Origin: Candidatus Micrarchaeota archaeon | GTDB lineage: Archaea > Micrarchaeota > Micrarchaeia > Micrarchaeales > CABMGC01 | Direction: 5' to 3' | Length of the DNA stretch: 64,000 nt | Assembly: GCA_021809925.1 (NCBI GenBank) | Contig: JAJZJV010000001.1 | Location: 14,138 to 78,137 of the forward strand | The notes under the pieces: generated by a model | The model's database searches: none | Seen by the model: only the letters and a program-made list of their open reading frames with translations | Told to the model about the DNA's origin: nothing | Shown here: piece after piece, positions 21,329-31,817 of the stretch | Position numbering within the stretch: the stretch's first letter is position 1 | How the letters are laid out: each line of letters opens with the position of its first letter | Program-made: the position numbers and the translations under genes

Positions 21329-22043
21329 AGACGTTTATTCCCTTTGATGTTATCTCGTAAGGCATCGAGACATTACTGTGGTTTGACCTTCTCATTTTTA
21401 CTATGCCTATCAGGAACTGGAAGCTTCCTTCACGCCCAACAGTATTAAGCCTTATCAGCCCGTCAAACATATATGTCCCAAGGAGGTCTGTTATTGACCA
21501 ATTGTTAATGTTCCTGCTCTCTGTTTCTAGCGTTATGAATGTTGTAGCTCCAAGGTTTCTAAAATTTTCTACAAGAAGGTTAACCGCCCTAGTAAATTCC
21601 CTATCATTAACAAACAGCGGGCGCATAGGCGATAACGAATCCAGCACAACAACCTGTGCGGAATTCTGCTTAACAACTTTGTTGAGGCCTGCAACAAACG
21701 CCTCAAAATTTTCCCTAGAGCCATATGATGTCAATACTTTTTGTTCTGAAACAACAAGCATATTTTTCTCAATCAGCTCGTCAACATCATCAAAATTCGA
21801 GAAAGCACTCTTAACATTGTCCAATAGGGACCTTTTATGCTCGTCAAAGCTGATGTAAGCGCCAGGTATCCTAGCCTTTGCGTTTCTATACAATATCTCA
21901 AAAGTCATCAGGGTCTTGCCAGTTCCCGGGCTTCCTGCAACTAAGACTTGGTTTCTCAGCGGCACACCTCCAAAAAGCAGCGAGTCAAGACCAAGTATCC
22001 CAGTACTTACCTTACCCTCAGAGCTAATTTCTCCATCTTCCAA
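21321..22043 (-). CDS. KaiC/RAD55-family ATPase
   Basis: STGILGLD, GSPGTGKT, VVLDS, KMR. Confidence 0.9.
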   Translation of the reverse strand: MEDGEISSEGKVSTGILGLDSLLFGGVPLRNQVLVAGSPGTGKTLMTFEILYRNAKARIPGAYISFDEHKRSLLDNVKSAFSNFDDVDELIEKNMLVVSEQKVLTSYGSRENFEAFVAGLNKVVKQNSAQVVVLDSLSPMRPLFVNDREFTRAVNLLVENFRNLGATTFITLETESRNINNWSITDLLGTYMFDGLIRLNTVGREGSFQFLIGIVKMRRSNHSNVSMPYEITSKGINVFK

Positions 22044-22101
22044 GTTCTCCCTCTAATTATGAATACTAAAACCTAAAGTATAAAAAGATACCTTTATATT
22101 A

Positions 22102-22851
22102 TCAGAATACCTGTTCTGCCTCGTCTTTGTATGTTTCTGTAGTCAATAAGTTTATGCCAGTTGATGTTATTTCGTATGGGACCGTAGAAAAACTGTGCTT
22201 TGATCCCCTCATCTTGATTATTTCAAGCGCCGGGGTCCTTGACCCTCCAGATCCGCTTTCATACATTGTCATTATTCCGTCATAAATGAAGAACTCTGGA
22301 AGGAATATCAATTTGTTCTTTTCAGGTGTTTCTATCTCCATTGTCAACAACGAAGTCACTTTAAGATCTCTCAATACCGTTACCAACGATATCGACAACG
22401 TTCTGTATATGAATAGGTCCTTTATTAGAAGGCTTACTATTGATATGGAATCTATCACTACCCTTGTGGCACCAGTGCTTTCTATCAATGATTGTATTGC
22501 TGCAATTGTCTCTGTAAATGCATATCTTGGCTCCGCCTCTCCACTTCCTTTAAGGTTTGTCATAACGTTGCTTCCGTTGATTATTATCTTCTTGCTTGCT
22601 ATAAGTGCGTCTATATCTTTGAAATCAGTAAAAGCATCTTTGGCATTCTCTATTATTGTTTCTGGTTTTTCTTCAAGAGTAAAAAAGATCCCGGTATGTC
22701 CCAGCAATGCATTCTTGTACAGAAACTCAAAACAAGTAAGCGTCTTTCCAGAACCAGGACCACCAGCAAGGACAACCTGGTTCCCTTCAGGTATGCCTCC
22801 AAAAATCAACCTGTCGATACCTTCAATACCTGTCTTGACTCTAGCTCTCAT
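22102..22851 (-). CDS. KaiC/RAD55-family ATPase
   Basis: KTGIEGID, GGPGSGKT, TLEE, VVIDS, KMRG. Confidence 0.92.
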   Translation of the reverse strand: MRARVKTGIEGIDRLIFGGIPEGNQVVLAGGPGSGKTLTCFEFLYKNALLGHTGIFFTLEEKPETIIENAKDAFTDFKDIDALIASKKIIINGSNVMTNLKGSGEAEPRYAFTETIAAIQSLIESTGATRVVIDSISIVSLLIKDLFIYRTLSISLVTVLRDLKVTSLLTMEIETPEKNKLIFLPEFFIYDGIMTMYESGSGGSRTPALEIIKMRGSKHSFSTVPYEITSTGINLLTTETYKDEAEQVF

Positions 22852-22951
22852 TCAACCACGGCCGTAATCTTAAGCGTAAAACCCAACTGTTTATCGTTAA
22901 ATGCTCAAGTATATAATATTAACTCTAATAATGGTTTTATCTGGACTCTTG

Positions 22952-23614
22952 CTACACTACCATGATAAGCATGAGAGAGAAAATTGCCCCAAACAGAGCG
23001 CAGAAAATATTCGAAGAATATTTATTTCCAATCCCTTCTTCCTCAAAATGCCCAAAAACAGAATCTATAATATTTCCAAGAAAACCCGCCATCCCTGAGA
23101 TCAGCACATCGACCATCGTATATCCGTGTGCGAGCAACGATAAGCTTATTGCAAAAGCAGCAACAAGCGCCATTCCTGACCCCAAGAACGTTACCCCTCC
23201 AGATCTCCCTGTATTTAATCTTCTAAATGTAAGGATATCTCTGGGCTCTCCACCCAATATGCCCAGCTCACTAGCAAATTTATCTGCAGTTATTGCACTA
23301 ACAGAAGCGACATACATGAGCACCACTATGCTGCCACTGCCATATCCAAAAGACGTCTCCAAAAATAGTACTAATACAAGCATAATAGGAACAATTCCAT
23401 TGGCAGCAACATTCTTCCAGCCTCTCGCCTTTTCATAAACCTTCATATGCTTCTTTCTCTTCTTCCCTATCTCCGTTGTAATTGCAGAGAGCACAAGGAA
23501 AGATACAAGCACTACAAGAAGAAAAAGCCCCTGGCTTCCTCCAAGCACAAGCACCAACGTGCCGATAATCAACGAGAGCAAAAGCCCCTTTAAATCCAGA
23601 CTCAAAAAGCGCAT
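22952..23614 (-). CDS. DUF92/TMEM19 membrane protein
   Basis: RGWKNVAANG, ADKFASELG, SGGVT, DSVFG. Confidence 0.9.
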   Translation of the reverse strand: MRFLSLDLKGLLLSLIIGTLVLVLGGSQGLFLLVVLVSFLVLSAITTEIGKKRKKHMKVYEKARGWKNVAANGIVPIMLVLVLFLETSFGYGSGSIVVLMYVASVSAITADKFASELGILGGEPRDILTFRRLNTGRSGGVTFLGSGMALVAAFAISLSLLAHGYTMVDVLISGMAGFLGNIIDSVFGHFEEEGIGNKYSSNIFCALFGAIFSLMLIMVV

Positions 23615-23811
23615 AGAAATTCCATTTTCGTGAAAAATTCCGTTATTCAGAAAGCTTTATAAATATATTTCTCAATAGTATTGATTACGGGTTCTCTATC
23701 GTAGGAAGGGAAAACTGGTCGCCTTGCCAGCGCTTGCACTCTTGCACGCTGGCCTCTTCCTTTTATTCTGATTAGTTATCTTAATGTGCAAAGCTATTAT
23801 AAAGCATGCAC

Positions 23812-26583
23812 TCATCTCTCCTTCCAGAACTTCCTATTCTTTATAAAATTCCTCTGTGCTTCCATCAGATCTACTATAAACTTTTCATCATCTTTCCTTA
23901 CCATGGCAAGCACGCGCGCGGCCGTTGCTACACCAACCCCATATGTCTTCAACGCCATAACTGCCCTGCTTCCATATGCCTCAATTAGGCTAGCCTCATT
24001 TATCATATTTTTGTATTCGGCCCACTCTTTTGCAGATATCCTGGCCCCTCTCTTTTTCTTTTCAATTATATGTTCATATTCGTCCTTGTGTGTTGCAACC
24101 ATTGGGCTCCCACAGTTCGGACACAATATTTTCTCTTCTTCCTGCCATCTAAAACCCGTACCGCAAAACGTGCACACGAGCAAAGCCCCTGGCTTCCCAA
24201 CCCTGTTCTTGAACGCTTCAACCTCTCTCTCATCTGGCCTAGTAAGTGTGATCAATTCTGCATACTTATATGCAGACCTTATTGCTTCCTTTGCAAGAGG
24301 TGATTCTGACTCAAACGCTTCAAAAAAGATCTCCCCTTTTCGGAACCGCCCCATAAACTCCGAAACAGTCTTTATATCAAAATAATTCTTGTTAAGGTCC
24401 CTTATAGCTTCCTCAAAGATAACCGTTCCTTTATAAAAGGAGACAATCCTGCTCAAGGCGCTTTTCGTTATTGTGGCTTCCTTGTCTATTGCGCCGAACA
24501 GCTTTGATATCTCAGCAAACTTATACCTGAATATTTCTGAGTTAAGCATTATTCTCTCATCGCCAAAAGAGCCAGGATCCATTCTCGAGATAACATCAAA
24601 TATCTTTCCCATATCTGGTTTTTTGTTAAGCTGTCCACACTCTATGATTATAGAATATGGTGTCGCCTTTATCGGCACCTTCTGGCCACCTCCAGATACA
24701 ATGAGCATGCCTATTACCTTCGATAGAAACTCGTTGGCGAGCCTTCCCATCGCCAGATGCACAACGACATGTTCACCAAAATACTCAACAGAGATTTTAT
24801 TATTCCCTGGGAGGAAAAATTTACTCTGGCTTCTTACAAATCCAGCCCCCCTTTCCATGGTGCTTTTCTCAACGAACATACCCAGAGCATTTTCGTTCCC
24901 GCCCATGGCCGAGAAGACTCTCTGTGCGACCTCGAAAGCAACAGGTATATCTTCGCCCTCCCAATCCGGGATCGCAGCACCGCTCTCCTGCGAAGGCTCA
25001 ACATATATCTCTTTCTCGTCAACAGAGACGACCTTCCACGGCACACCTCTGGTTATGAAAAGAGCACCGTCCTCAAGATAATTAAAAACAAACTTCTCGT
25101 CAAGCGAGGCGATTATTTTGTTCTTTGCAAGGTCTCTGACCAAAAACCTGGCTCTGTTTGGTATTACGCTTATGTTACTGAAGAAATATTGGCGTGTTCT
25201 CTCTCCTCTTTTTATAATGCCATTATCCTCCCCAACAATGTGCAGCTCTGAAAGAAGCCTAATAATCTCGTTGAATTTTGATCTTTCCAGTGTACGGTAA
25301 TTGAATGACCTCTTCACGATAAAAAAGGCCTTATCCGCCTCAATCTTCCCGTACTCCATCACGATTCCTGCAATCTGATTTGCAAGAACATCAAGCGCAT
25401 TTTCCTCTACACCCTGACTTTCAATACATCCGTTCTTGACACGCTCTGCTATTACTGCAGCCTCAAAGAGCTCCATCTCTCCTCCAACAATCATCTTTCC
25501 CACAGAAGAGCGGCCCTCTGAATGGCCCGCCCTCCCAATTCTTTGGACCAGCCTGACTGCCTGCTTCGGAGACCCATACTGCACAACAAGGTCTATCCTA
25601 CCTATGTCTATTCCGAGCTCGAGAGAACTTGTTGCTATTATATTCTTGATCTTACCTTCCCTAAAAGCACGCTCTGTTTTTATTCTCTCTTCCTTATCCA
25701 ATGAGCCATGATGTATGCCTATCCCTCCAAAAGGTTCTTCCTTATCAAACCTTATGAGCTTGCTGCCCAGCGATTCCACAATCTGCCTTGTATTGGCAAA
25801 CACCAGCGTGCCTTCAGAGCTTCTCGATAGATCAGCAATGCGCTCCAGTCTGGCTAAAGCTTCCTTGTCCATCGGGAAGTCTTCAAGGAACCGTTCATGC
25901 TTCTTCTTCGCTTTCTGTGGCATCTCTATGTTGATAATACTTTCTTTTTTTCCTTTAAGCTCAACAATCCTCCCTCCAATCTCTCCAAAAAGAAAGTTTG
26001 CAGCCAACTCCGGATTCCCTACCGTGGCGCTTATCCCTATCCTTTGGAAATTGGTAGAAAGCTCCCTGAGCCTTTCAAGCATTATCGAGAGTTGTGCTCC
26101 TCTCTTATTGTAGCAAAGCTCATGAACCTCATCGATAATTACAACCTCAAGGGCATTCAGCGATTCCCTCAGCCTCTCCGACAATACTATGTTCTGCAGA
26201 GTTTCCGGGGTTGTTATCATAAAACTTGGGGGATTAGCTGCCTGCTTCGCCCTCTCGCCAGGCTTCGTATCTCCGTGCCTTACTCCTATAACTATCCCCA
26301 ACTCCTTGGCTATGCTCTCAAGCCTGCTCAAAAGATCTCTGTTAAGTGCCCTGAGTGGCGTAACATAAATAGCACGTATCTTTTTGGGCTGCTCACTCTT
26401 AATCAAATTATTGAATACGGGTATTACTGCTGCTTCCGTCTTCCCACTCCCTGTTGGTGCCACAATCAGTACATTCTCTCTTCTGGAGATTGGGGAAAAT
26501 GCGGATTTTTGTATCTCCGTCAACTTCTCGTGCTTGCTGAAAAAAAGGGAAAAGGCATTCTTTTTATCCGAAGCCAACGACAT
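23812..26583 (-). CDS. lhr: Lhr-like SF2 helicase
   Basis: APTGSGKT, DEVH, SAT, HHGSL, QRIGRAGH, IPDWEGE, C-terminal zinc finger. Confidence 0.93.
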   Translation of the reverse strand: MSLASDKKNAFSLFFSKHEKLTEIQKSAFSPISRRENVLIVAPTGSGKTEAAVIPVFNNLIKSEQPKKIRAIYVTPLRALNRDLLSRLESIAKELGIVIGVRHGDTKPGERAKQAANPPSFMITTPETLQNIVLSERLRESLNALEVVIIDEVHELCYNKRGAQLSIMLERLRELSTNFQRIGISATVGNPELAANFLFGEIGGRIVELKGKKESIINIEMPQKAKKKHERFLEDFPMDKEALARLERIADLSRSSEGTLVFANTRQIVESLGSKLIRFDKEEPFGGIGIHHGSLDKEERIKTERAFREGKIKNIIATSSLELGIDIGRIDLVVQYGSPKQAVRLVQRIGRAGHSEGRSSVGKMIVGGEMELFEAAVIAERVKNGCIESQGVEENALDVLANQIAGIVMEYGKIEADKAFFIVKRSFNYRTLERSKFNEIIRLLSELHIVGEDNGIIKRGERTRQYFFSNISVIPNRARFLVRDLAKNKIIASLDEKFVFNYLEDGALFITRGVPWKVVSVDEKEIYVEPSQESGAAIPDWEGEDIPVAFEVAQRVFSAMGGNENALGMFVEKSTMERGAGFVRSQSKFFLPGNNKISVEYFGEHVVVHLAMGRLANEFLSKVIGMLIVSGGGQKVPIKATPYSIIIECGQLNKKPDMGKIFDVISRMDPGSFGDERIMLNSEIFRYKFAEISKLFGAIDKEATITKSALSRIVSFYKGTVIFEEAIRDLNKNYFDIKTVSEFMGRFRKGEIFFEAFESESPLAKEAIRSAYKYAELITLTRPDEREVEAFKNRVGKPGALLVCTFCGTGFRWQEEEKILCPNCGSPMVATHKDEYEHIIEKKKRGARISAKEWAEYKNMINEASLIEAYGSRAVMALKTYGVGVATAARVLAMVRKDDEKFIVDLMEAQRNFIKNRKFWKER

Positions 26584-28180
26584 ATACCTTACCTTCCGAA
26601 TTCAGGGGCGTTCCGTTCAGTGAATATCCTATACTTATATTTAATGTCTCGCCAGGGACAAAGGCGTTAATGGTATTTGTGTTATTATAGCATGGAGTCG
26701 AGAGGTTGGTAGCGTTCCCAGCAGAAACCGTGATCTCAAGGGGCGTGCTTTCCTTTAGGTTTCCTATATAACAAGAAATACTTTTTATCGTCACGCTTTT
26801 GTTTAATGTATTCTTGATCCCGAAGTTCAAAAGCCCCTCGGAAAGAAGAACGCCATAGCACGAGAAATTCTTGGTCTGGCACGTCCCCAGAATGCTCTGC
26901 GTAAAGTTTGCTCCCTTTCCAGAAAATCCCAGATCGTCCATATTTTGTATCGAGAGATCTACCGCAGATCCGGCTCGTGAACCGTTAACTAATGCAAACG
27001 TCGTGATGTTGAGGTTCCCGAACATGCCAACAGTCTTAACCAGTGAAAGATTTGAGGACCCTCCAGATAGCGGCAGCATATACGTGCTGCAATACTCTCT
27101 GCCCGACCTATTCTCTATTGTTCCGCTGCACGGATAACTCCTGCCAGAATAATTCTCGAAAACTGTATACAATATTGTATTGTTTATTATTCTTAGCGAA
27201 GAATAACTAGAGTTACTCATGTACGATGCATAATAGTGTGCAAGCACGCTGGCATTTTCCGCGGTGTTTTGGGGAATCTTCGGGATACTCTGGTTTCCAA
27301 CCGAGAGGTTTCCTGAAACATAAATGCAATTCTTATTCCCTTCATAAACAAGGCTCTTCAACCAACCTCCAGAATACCAGCTGCATAATGTTGTCTTGTT
27401 TCCAAGCTCAACGAATGTTATATTTCTACTGCCAACTCTGATGGTTGTGTTGGTTAGGTTTAAGCCCTTAGCAAAATACCCAATTATTGAGGGACTGAGA
27501 TATCCCTGCATCCACAAATACACTTCCGAGGAGTTTTCTGATTTTTTATATGCAGAAACAATGCGAACCACATAATTTTGCGTTAGGTTTATCAACCGGC
27601 TGAAGAACAAGGCAGACTCATGGCTCGTTCCCATTGCTTCAGGCGTGTCTATCCCATAAGATGTCTCAAGATATTTCTGGATCAGATACCCTTCTATCGT
27701 TGAGTTTACAGTCCCATATTCCAAAGAGCTGCTCTTGTTAATGAATTCATAAGGTGCCACTTTGGACTGCGCAAGCACAAGAATATTCAAAGAGTCCTGT
27801 GTCTCCTGTCTTGAACTTATATCATAAACCTTTCCAGGATCCAAGATAGCAGACAAAAGATAATTTCCCGGTTTCAACGCAGTATAATTAAACATTATCG
27901 AAAGATTCTTTCCCGGGGGCAATGCAATCATATATACTTCTGTCAGGTTGCCCCCAACAAATACTCCAACGCTCAGATTGTTTATTGGAACGCTTCCAGT
28001 ATTCTTAACTGTAAATGGGAAGTACATTTTCTGATACGGATACATAACAACGGTCTTGTTAAGACCATGGCTAAAATTTAACACTGCACTTATCGAAGGC
28101 ACGTAAAATGCCCTAAATACGAGAGCCCCCGCAACTATTACTACAAACAACATTATTATCGAAAGGTTTTCCTTATTCAT
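26564..28180 (-). CDS. Membrane-anchored surface glycoprotein with CARDB/Ig-like domain
   Basis: N-terminal TM; TVKNTG...ILDP pattern; many sequons and Cys pairs. Confidence 0.7.
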   Translation of the reverse strand: MNKENLSIIMLFVVIVAGALVFRAFYVPSISAVLNFSHGLNKTVVMYPYQKMYFPFTVKNTGSVPINNLSVGVFVGGNLTEVYMIALPPGKNLSIMFNYTALKPGNYLLSAILDPGKVYDISSRQETQDSLNILVLAQSKVAPYEFINKSSSLEYGTVNSTIEGYLIQKYLETSYGIDTPEAMGTSHESALFFSRLINLTQNYVVRIVSAYKKSENSSEVYLWMQGYLSPSIIGYFAKGLNLTNTTIRVGSRNITFVELGNKTTLCSWYSGGWLKSLVYEGNKNCIYVSGNLSVGNQSIPKIPQNTAENASVLAHYYASYMSNSSYSSLRIINNTILYTVFENYSGRSYPCSGTIENRSGREYCSTYMLPLSGGSSNLSLVKTVGMFGNLNITTFALVNGSRAGSAVDLSIQNMDDLGFSGKGANFTQSILGTCQTKNFSCYGVLLSEGLLNFGIKNTLNKSVTIKSISCYIGNLKESTPLEITVSAGNATNLSTPCYNNTNTINAFVPGETLNISIGYSLNGTPLNSEGKVYVVGFG

Positions 28181-28652
28181 GCTCCTCTCCCATACTCTTG
28201 CTTCTCATATTATTTATTATTTCTGTTATTTTGCTTGCAATTTCTCTATAATCTGATTCAAGAAGGGACATTACCCATACTGAAGGGTCGTCTCTGTCAC
28301 CAACATCTGGCGGCCGTAAATAAAATCTACCCCTTGCGTTCTGGACTATACCCATCCTCTTCATCCGCAGTAGATGGTACCTGAGCGTCTTCTCTTTTAT
28401 TCCTCCCCAATTTTTTCCTATATACTCAAGTATCTCCGCTATTTCGGGATCCTTCTTTCTTATGAAATAAAAGTAGACAAGAGCATCAAGAACCGCTACC
28501 GCTCCATGCCTGCTCTCCCCGGGATTCAGTATCCCTAGCGAAAGTGCCAGCCACCTGACAGAAGAGCGCCGCGTTTCGAGAACCTCTTTTGGAAGCCTAA
28601 GATTTCTGATCTTGACTTCCTTCGCGATAAGATTTGCTTCATTAAGTGCCAT
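28173..28652 (-). CDS. Winged-helix DNA-binding protein
   Basis: EKTLRYHLLRMKRMGIV...FYL; start placed at an ATG with GGAG RBS. Confidence 0.7.
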   Translation of the reverse strand: MALNEANLIAKEVKIRNLRLPKEVLETRRSSVRWLALSLGILNPGESRHGAVAVLDALVYFYFIRKKDPEIAEILEYIGKNWGGIKEKTLRYHLLRMKRMGIVQNARGRFYLRPPDVGDRDDPSVWVMSLLESDYREIASKITEIINNMRSKSMGEEHE

Positions 28653-28779
28653 CACAATCTCCATAACCAACAGACAGGGAATTTATGTTATTAAAAAACA
28701 CTAATACCTTATATCCCAACATATATAAATAATAACAAAGCAAAACTATTAGTGCCGATAATTAACTTGGGCTGAGCCT

Positions 28780-29160
28780 ATGTCACAAAATACAAACCCT
28801 GCCGGACAGGATAAAATGAGCGAACAGGAAATGGAGAAATTGTTAAGGGACTACCAGATACTGCAGGAGCAGATCCGAAGCTTTGCGATACAACTTGACC
28901 AACTGCACAACCAGAAAGGCGATCTGGAAAGAGCAAAAGAAGAGATCGATAAAGCCAGTGGCAAGATCTACATAACTGTTGGTGGAGTGATAGTCGAGAC
29001 CTCAAAAGAAAGTGCATCGAAGGATATTGAAGAGCGAAGCGAGCTTACCGAGACAAGGATAACATCCATGACAAGGCAGTACACTGAACTAAGGAACAAG
29101 GAGAAGCAATACAGCGAGCGCATAATGCAGGCTTATAAACAAAACCAGTTGATGTCCTGA
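28780..29160 (+). CDS. pfdB: Prefoldin beta subunit
   Basis: Coiled coils flanking KIYITVGGVIVE. Confidence 0.9.
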   Translation: MSQNTNPAGQDKMSEQEMEKLLRDYQILQEQIRSFAIQLDQLHNQKGDLERAKEEIDKASGKIYITVGGVIVETSKESASKDIEERSELTETRITSMTRQYTELRNKEKQYSERIMQAYKQNQLMS

Positions 29161-30146
29161 TGGAGCTTCTCGATTTTAGAGAGCTTGCAAACACAATTAA
29201 ATCATTCCAGGGTAAACAGGTAACCCTGGCCTTCCACTCTATCGGGGATAGCGACGGTGTGGGATCCGCAATCGCACTATCCTCTCTTTTTAAAAATTCA
29301 AGAATCATGACTCCGGACTTCATAACACACAACGCACGGGAGCTTCTCTTGCTTGCTGGCTACAAGGAAAAGCTCGATACAAAATTTCCCCCAAATACCG
29401 AGGTGCTTATAATCACTGACACAAACAATTTTTACGAGCTCGGCAAACTCACCAAATCTCTCTCGGACTTCACTGGCGAGATCCTGTTCATAGATCATCA
29501 TTTGCTTCCAAAGGGCGATATAGGCAAGGTTAAAATCTTCAATAATGAAGATTATAACTCAACGTCAAGCATAATTTATGACCTGTTCTTGGAAATGGGG
29601 GTAGAACCCACACGGCAGGCTGCACTGCTTCTCCTTGATGGGATAATAGCAGACTCTGCGGAGTTCAGGAACGCAACCAAACTCACTTTCAGGCAGATCT
29701 CAGAGCTGTTGGGATATTCCGGCAAGAGCTTCACAGAGATTCTAGAATTCTTTCACGAAAGCGTTCCTTTGGAAAGAAGGAACTCATTAATAAACGAGAT
29801 TCAGAACTCGAAGCTGGAAACAGTTGGGAACTATCTTTTGATATATGGCATCGCGGAGTCCCATGCGAATATCGCTGCAGACATGGCAATACGGATAGGG
29901 GCCGACGCGGCGCTCTTCTGGACAATAAGAAAAGAGGAATTTTCAATCTCTGCCAGACTCAGGCCCCCTCTAGACAAACGCCTGAATTTTCATCTGGGAA
30001 CCGTAATGCAGGTTGTTGGCGAGATGATATCTGGAAATGGCGGTGGTCACCCATGCGCAGCAGGAGCATACGGTCCTGGAAAAGAACGATCTGAAGAAGC
30101 AATTAAAAAAGCGCTTAGAGAAATAAGAAAAGCGCTCAATGGGTGA
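29160..30146 (+). CDS. DHH/DHHA1 phosphoesterase
   Basis: HSIGDSDG, IDHH, GIIADS, SAR, GGGHPCAAG. Confidence 0.92.
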   Translation: MELLDFRELANTIKSFQGKQVTLAFHSIGDSDGVGSAIALSSLFKNSRIMTPDFITHNARELLLLAGYKEKLDTKFPPNTEVLIITDTNNFYELGKLTKSLSDFTGEILFIDHHLLPKGDIGKVKIFNNEDYNSTSSIIYDLFLEMGVEPTRQAALLLLDGIIADSAEFRNATKLTFRQISELLGYSGKSFTEILEFFHESVPLERRNSLINEIQNSKLETVGNYLLIYGIAESHANIAADMAIRIGADAALFWTIRKEEFSISARLRPPLDKRLNFHLGTVMQVVGEMISGNGGGHPCAAGAYGPGKERSEEAIKKALREIRKALNG

Positions 30147-30663
30147 TCCTCTGAAATACTATGATCTCTCCTACCTATCCAATATCGAAGAGAGCCTCGT
30201 CACCCGGCTCGGCTATAAAAAGATATTTGTTATAGGCAAGGACGTACACTTGATAAATCAACCAAGACCTGGCGAGGTAAAGACAATAATAAGAAGCAAT
30301 GATCCAAAGAAGATAGCGTCTGCCCTCAGGAATAACGATACAATCGGAGTATTATTCGAAGACAACATCTTATTGAAAAAATCCATAGAAGAAGCAGGAA
30401 ACAACGGCAAACCTGTTTTTCTTTCTTTGTCAGACCTGATGGACAAGGATCCCGTACAAACATCAAGAAATATGAACAGGATCAGGACGATAGTGACCTT
30501 TGCCAGAAAATTCGGGGCAGAAATAGCAATAGCAACATTTGCAACAAGGCAGGCATATTTAACTTCTGCTATGCAGGCCATGGCTCTCAGTGAACTTCTT
30601 GGAGTTAGCATAGATGAATCAAAGAAAGCACTCTCAGCAATAGGCGAATATCTTGATAACTAA
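30139..30663 (+). CDS. rnp3: RNase P subunit Rpp30, divergent
   Basis: Short TIM-barrel-like protein ending LLGVSIDESKKALS; next to Pop5. Confidence 0.65.
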   Translation: MGDPLKYYDLSYLSNIEESLVTRLGYKKIFVIGKDVHLINQPRPGEVKTIIRSNDPKKIASALRNNDTIGVLFEDNILLKKSIEEAGNNGKPVFLSLSDLMDKDPVQTSRNMNRIRTIVTFARKFGAEIAIATFATRQAYLTSAMQAMALSELLGVSIDESKKALSAIGEYLDN

Positions 30664-31015
30664 GCGAAAGATAAGGTACCTGCTGATTGAGTTCTCAGCT
30701 CCAATAGATGTAAAGAAAAGAGCCGTCTCAGAGGAACTATCTAGAAATCTCATTCTCTTCTTAGGCGAGCTGACAAATTACAGGGCAAATCCCCACATAA
30801 ACTCGCAGATAGGGGAGAAGGTCTTCCTCCTCAGGATAAATCGCGGGTTTGAACGGGAGGTCCTGGCTGCGCTTGCCACAATAAAAAAATCTGGCGGGGT
30901 AGAGGGCGGCTTCTACACTCTGAAGATCTCAGGCACAGCAAAAAAGCTTATCATATTTTACAGGAGGCACATACTCCTAGACGCAGGCCAGGGGTCGTCT
31001 AAATCAAGAATTTGA
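30653..31015 (+). CDS. rnp2: RNase P subunit Pop5
   Basis: KRKIRYLL, FLGE, TLKISGT. Confidence 0.8.
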   Translation: MITKRKIRYLLIEFSAPIDVKKRAVSEELSRNLILFLGELTNYRANPHINSQIGEKVFLLRINRGFEREVLAALATIKKSGGVEGGFYTLKISGTAKKLIIFYRRHILLDAGQGSSKSRI

Positions 31016-31134
31016 CAGATCAAATATTTTTATATTGAAGTGCCTCTTTGGGCTTCTTTCCTTTCTGTGATCTGGATTCAGCAGTGTAGAGATATGGTTC
31101 CACAAAGAGATTCGCAAAACCCATCATCGCACTT

Positions 31135-31317
31135 GTGATGAAACAGAAGAGAACACACGAGCCACCAAACTATCCGGGTTTCCTGGAAAAGACCAGGGAA
31201 TATATTGTTATAAAAGATATTCTCCCAAGATTCAAGAAGGTTCTCGGACTTGCAAAGAACAGAATAATCGGGATGAAAAAGGTAGCGATACAGATCCAGT
31301 CTTGCATTACCAAATAA
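31135..31317 (+). pseudogene. Possible transposase C-terminal relic
   Basis: RFKKVLGLAKNRIIGMKKVAIQ resembles DDE transposase tails; sits in a 430-bp gap. Confidence 0.3.
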
Positions 31318-31452
31318 TTTGATCAATTATCCTATGTGGAGATTTTATCTTAATGGGAAGTTAGAATGTAAACGCCAACTCCTCTAAATAATTATACAAA
31401 GATTAATATAAGTTGCTTATCCTAAATCGATACTGCTATTTATGGTGTTCTT

Positions 31453-31800
31453 ATGAAGATAAGCGAACTAAAGGCTGGAGCGCAGAACGTAGAAGTAGAA
31501 GCAGAAGTTGCAGAAAAAGGTGAACCAAGAGAAGTGATAACAAAGTATGGAAGGAGAACAAATGTCGCTAACGTTACTCTCAGAGACGAGAGCGGAAGCA
31601 TAACCCTTTCACTATGGGGTAAGGATATCGACACAGTCAATGTTGGGGACAAGGTCAAGATCTCAAACGGGTATGTTGGCGAATTTAGGGGCGTTCCACA
31701 ACTTTCTGTAGGTAAGTTCGGAAAGATGGAGGTCGTCGAGAAAGGCTCAGGAAATACCGAATCCTCGGAGTCTGAAGATGAGTCCGAAGAGGAATATTAA
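31453..31800 (+). CDS. ssb: Single OB-fold ssDNA-binding protein
   Basis: KISELK, LRDESGSITLSLW, NGYVGEFRG, acidic tail. Confidence 0.9.
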   Translation: MKISELKAGAQNVEVEAEVAEKGEPREVITKYGRRTNVANVTLRDESGSITLSLWGKDIDTVNVGDKVKISNGYVGEFRGVPQLSVGKFGKMEVVEKGSGNTESSESEDESEEEY

Positions 31801-31817
31801 TACTTAAGTCTAAGAGC

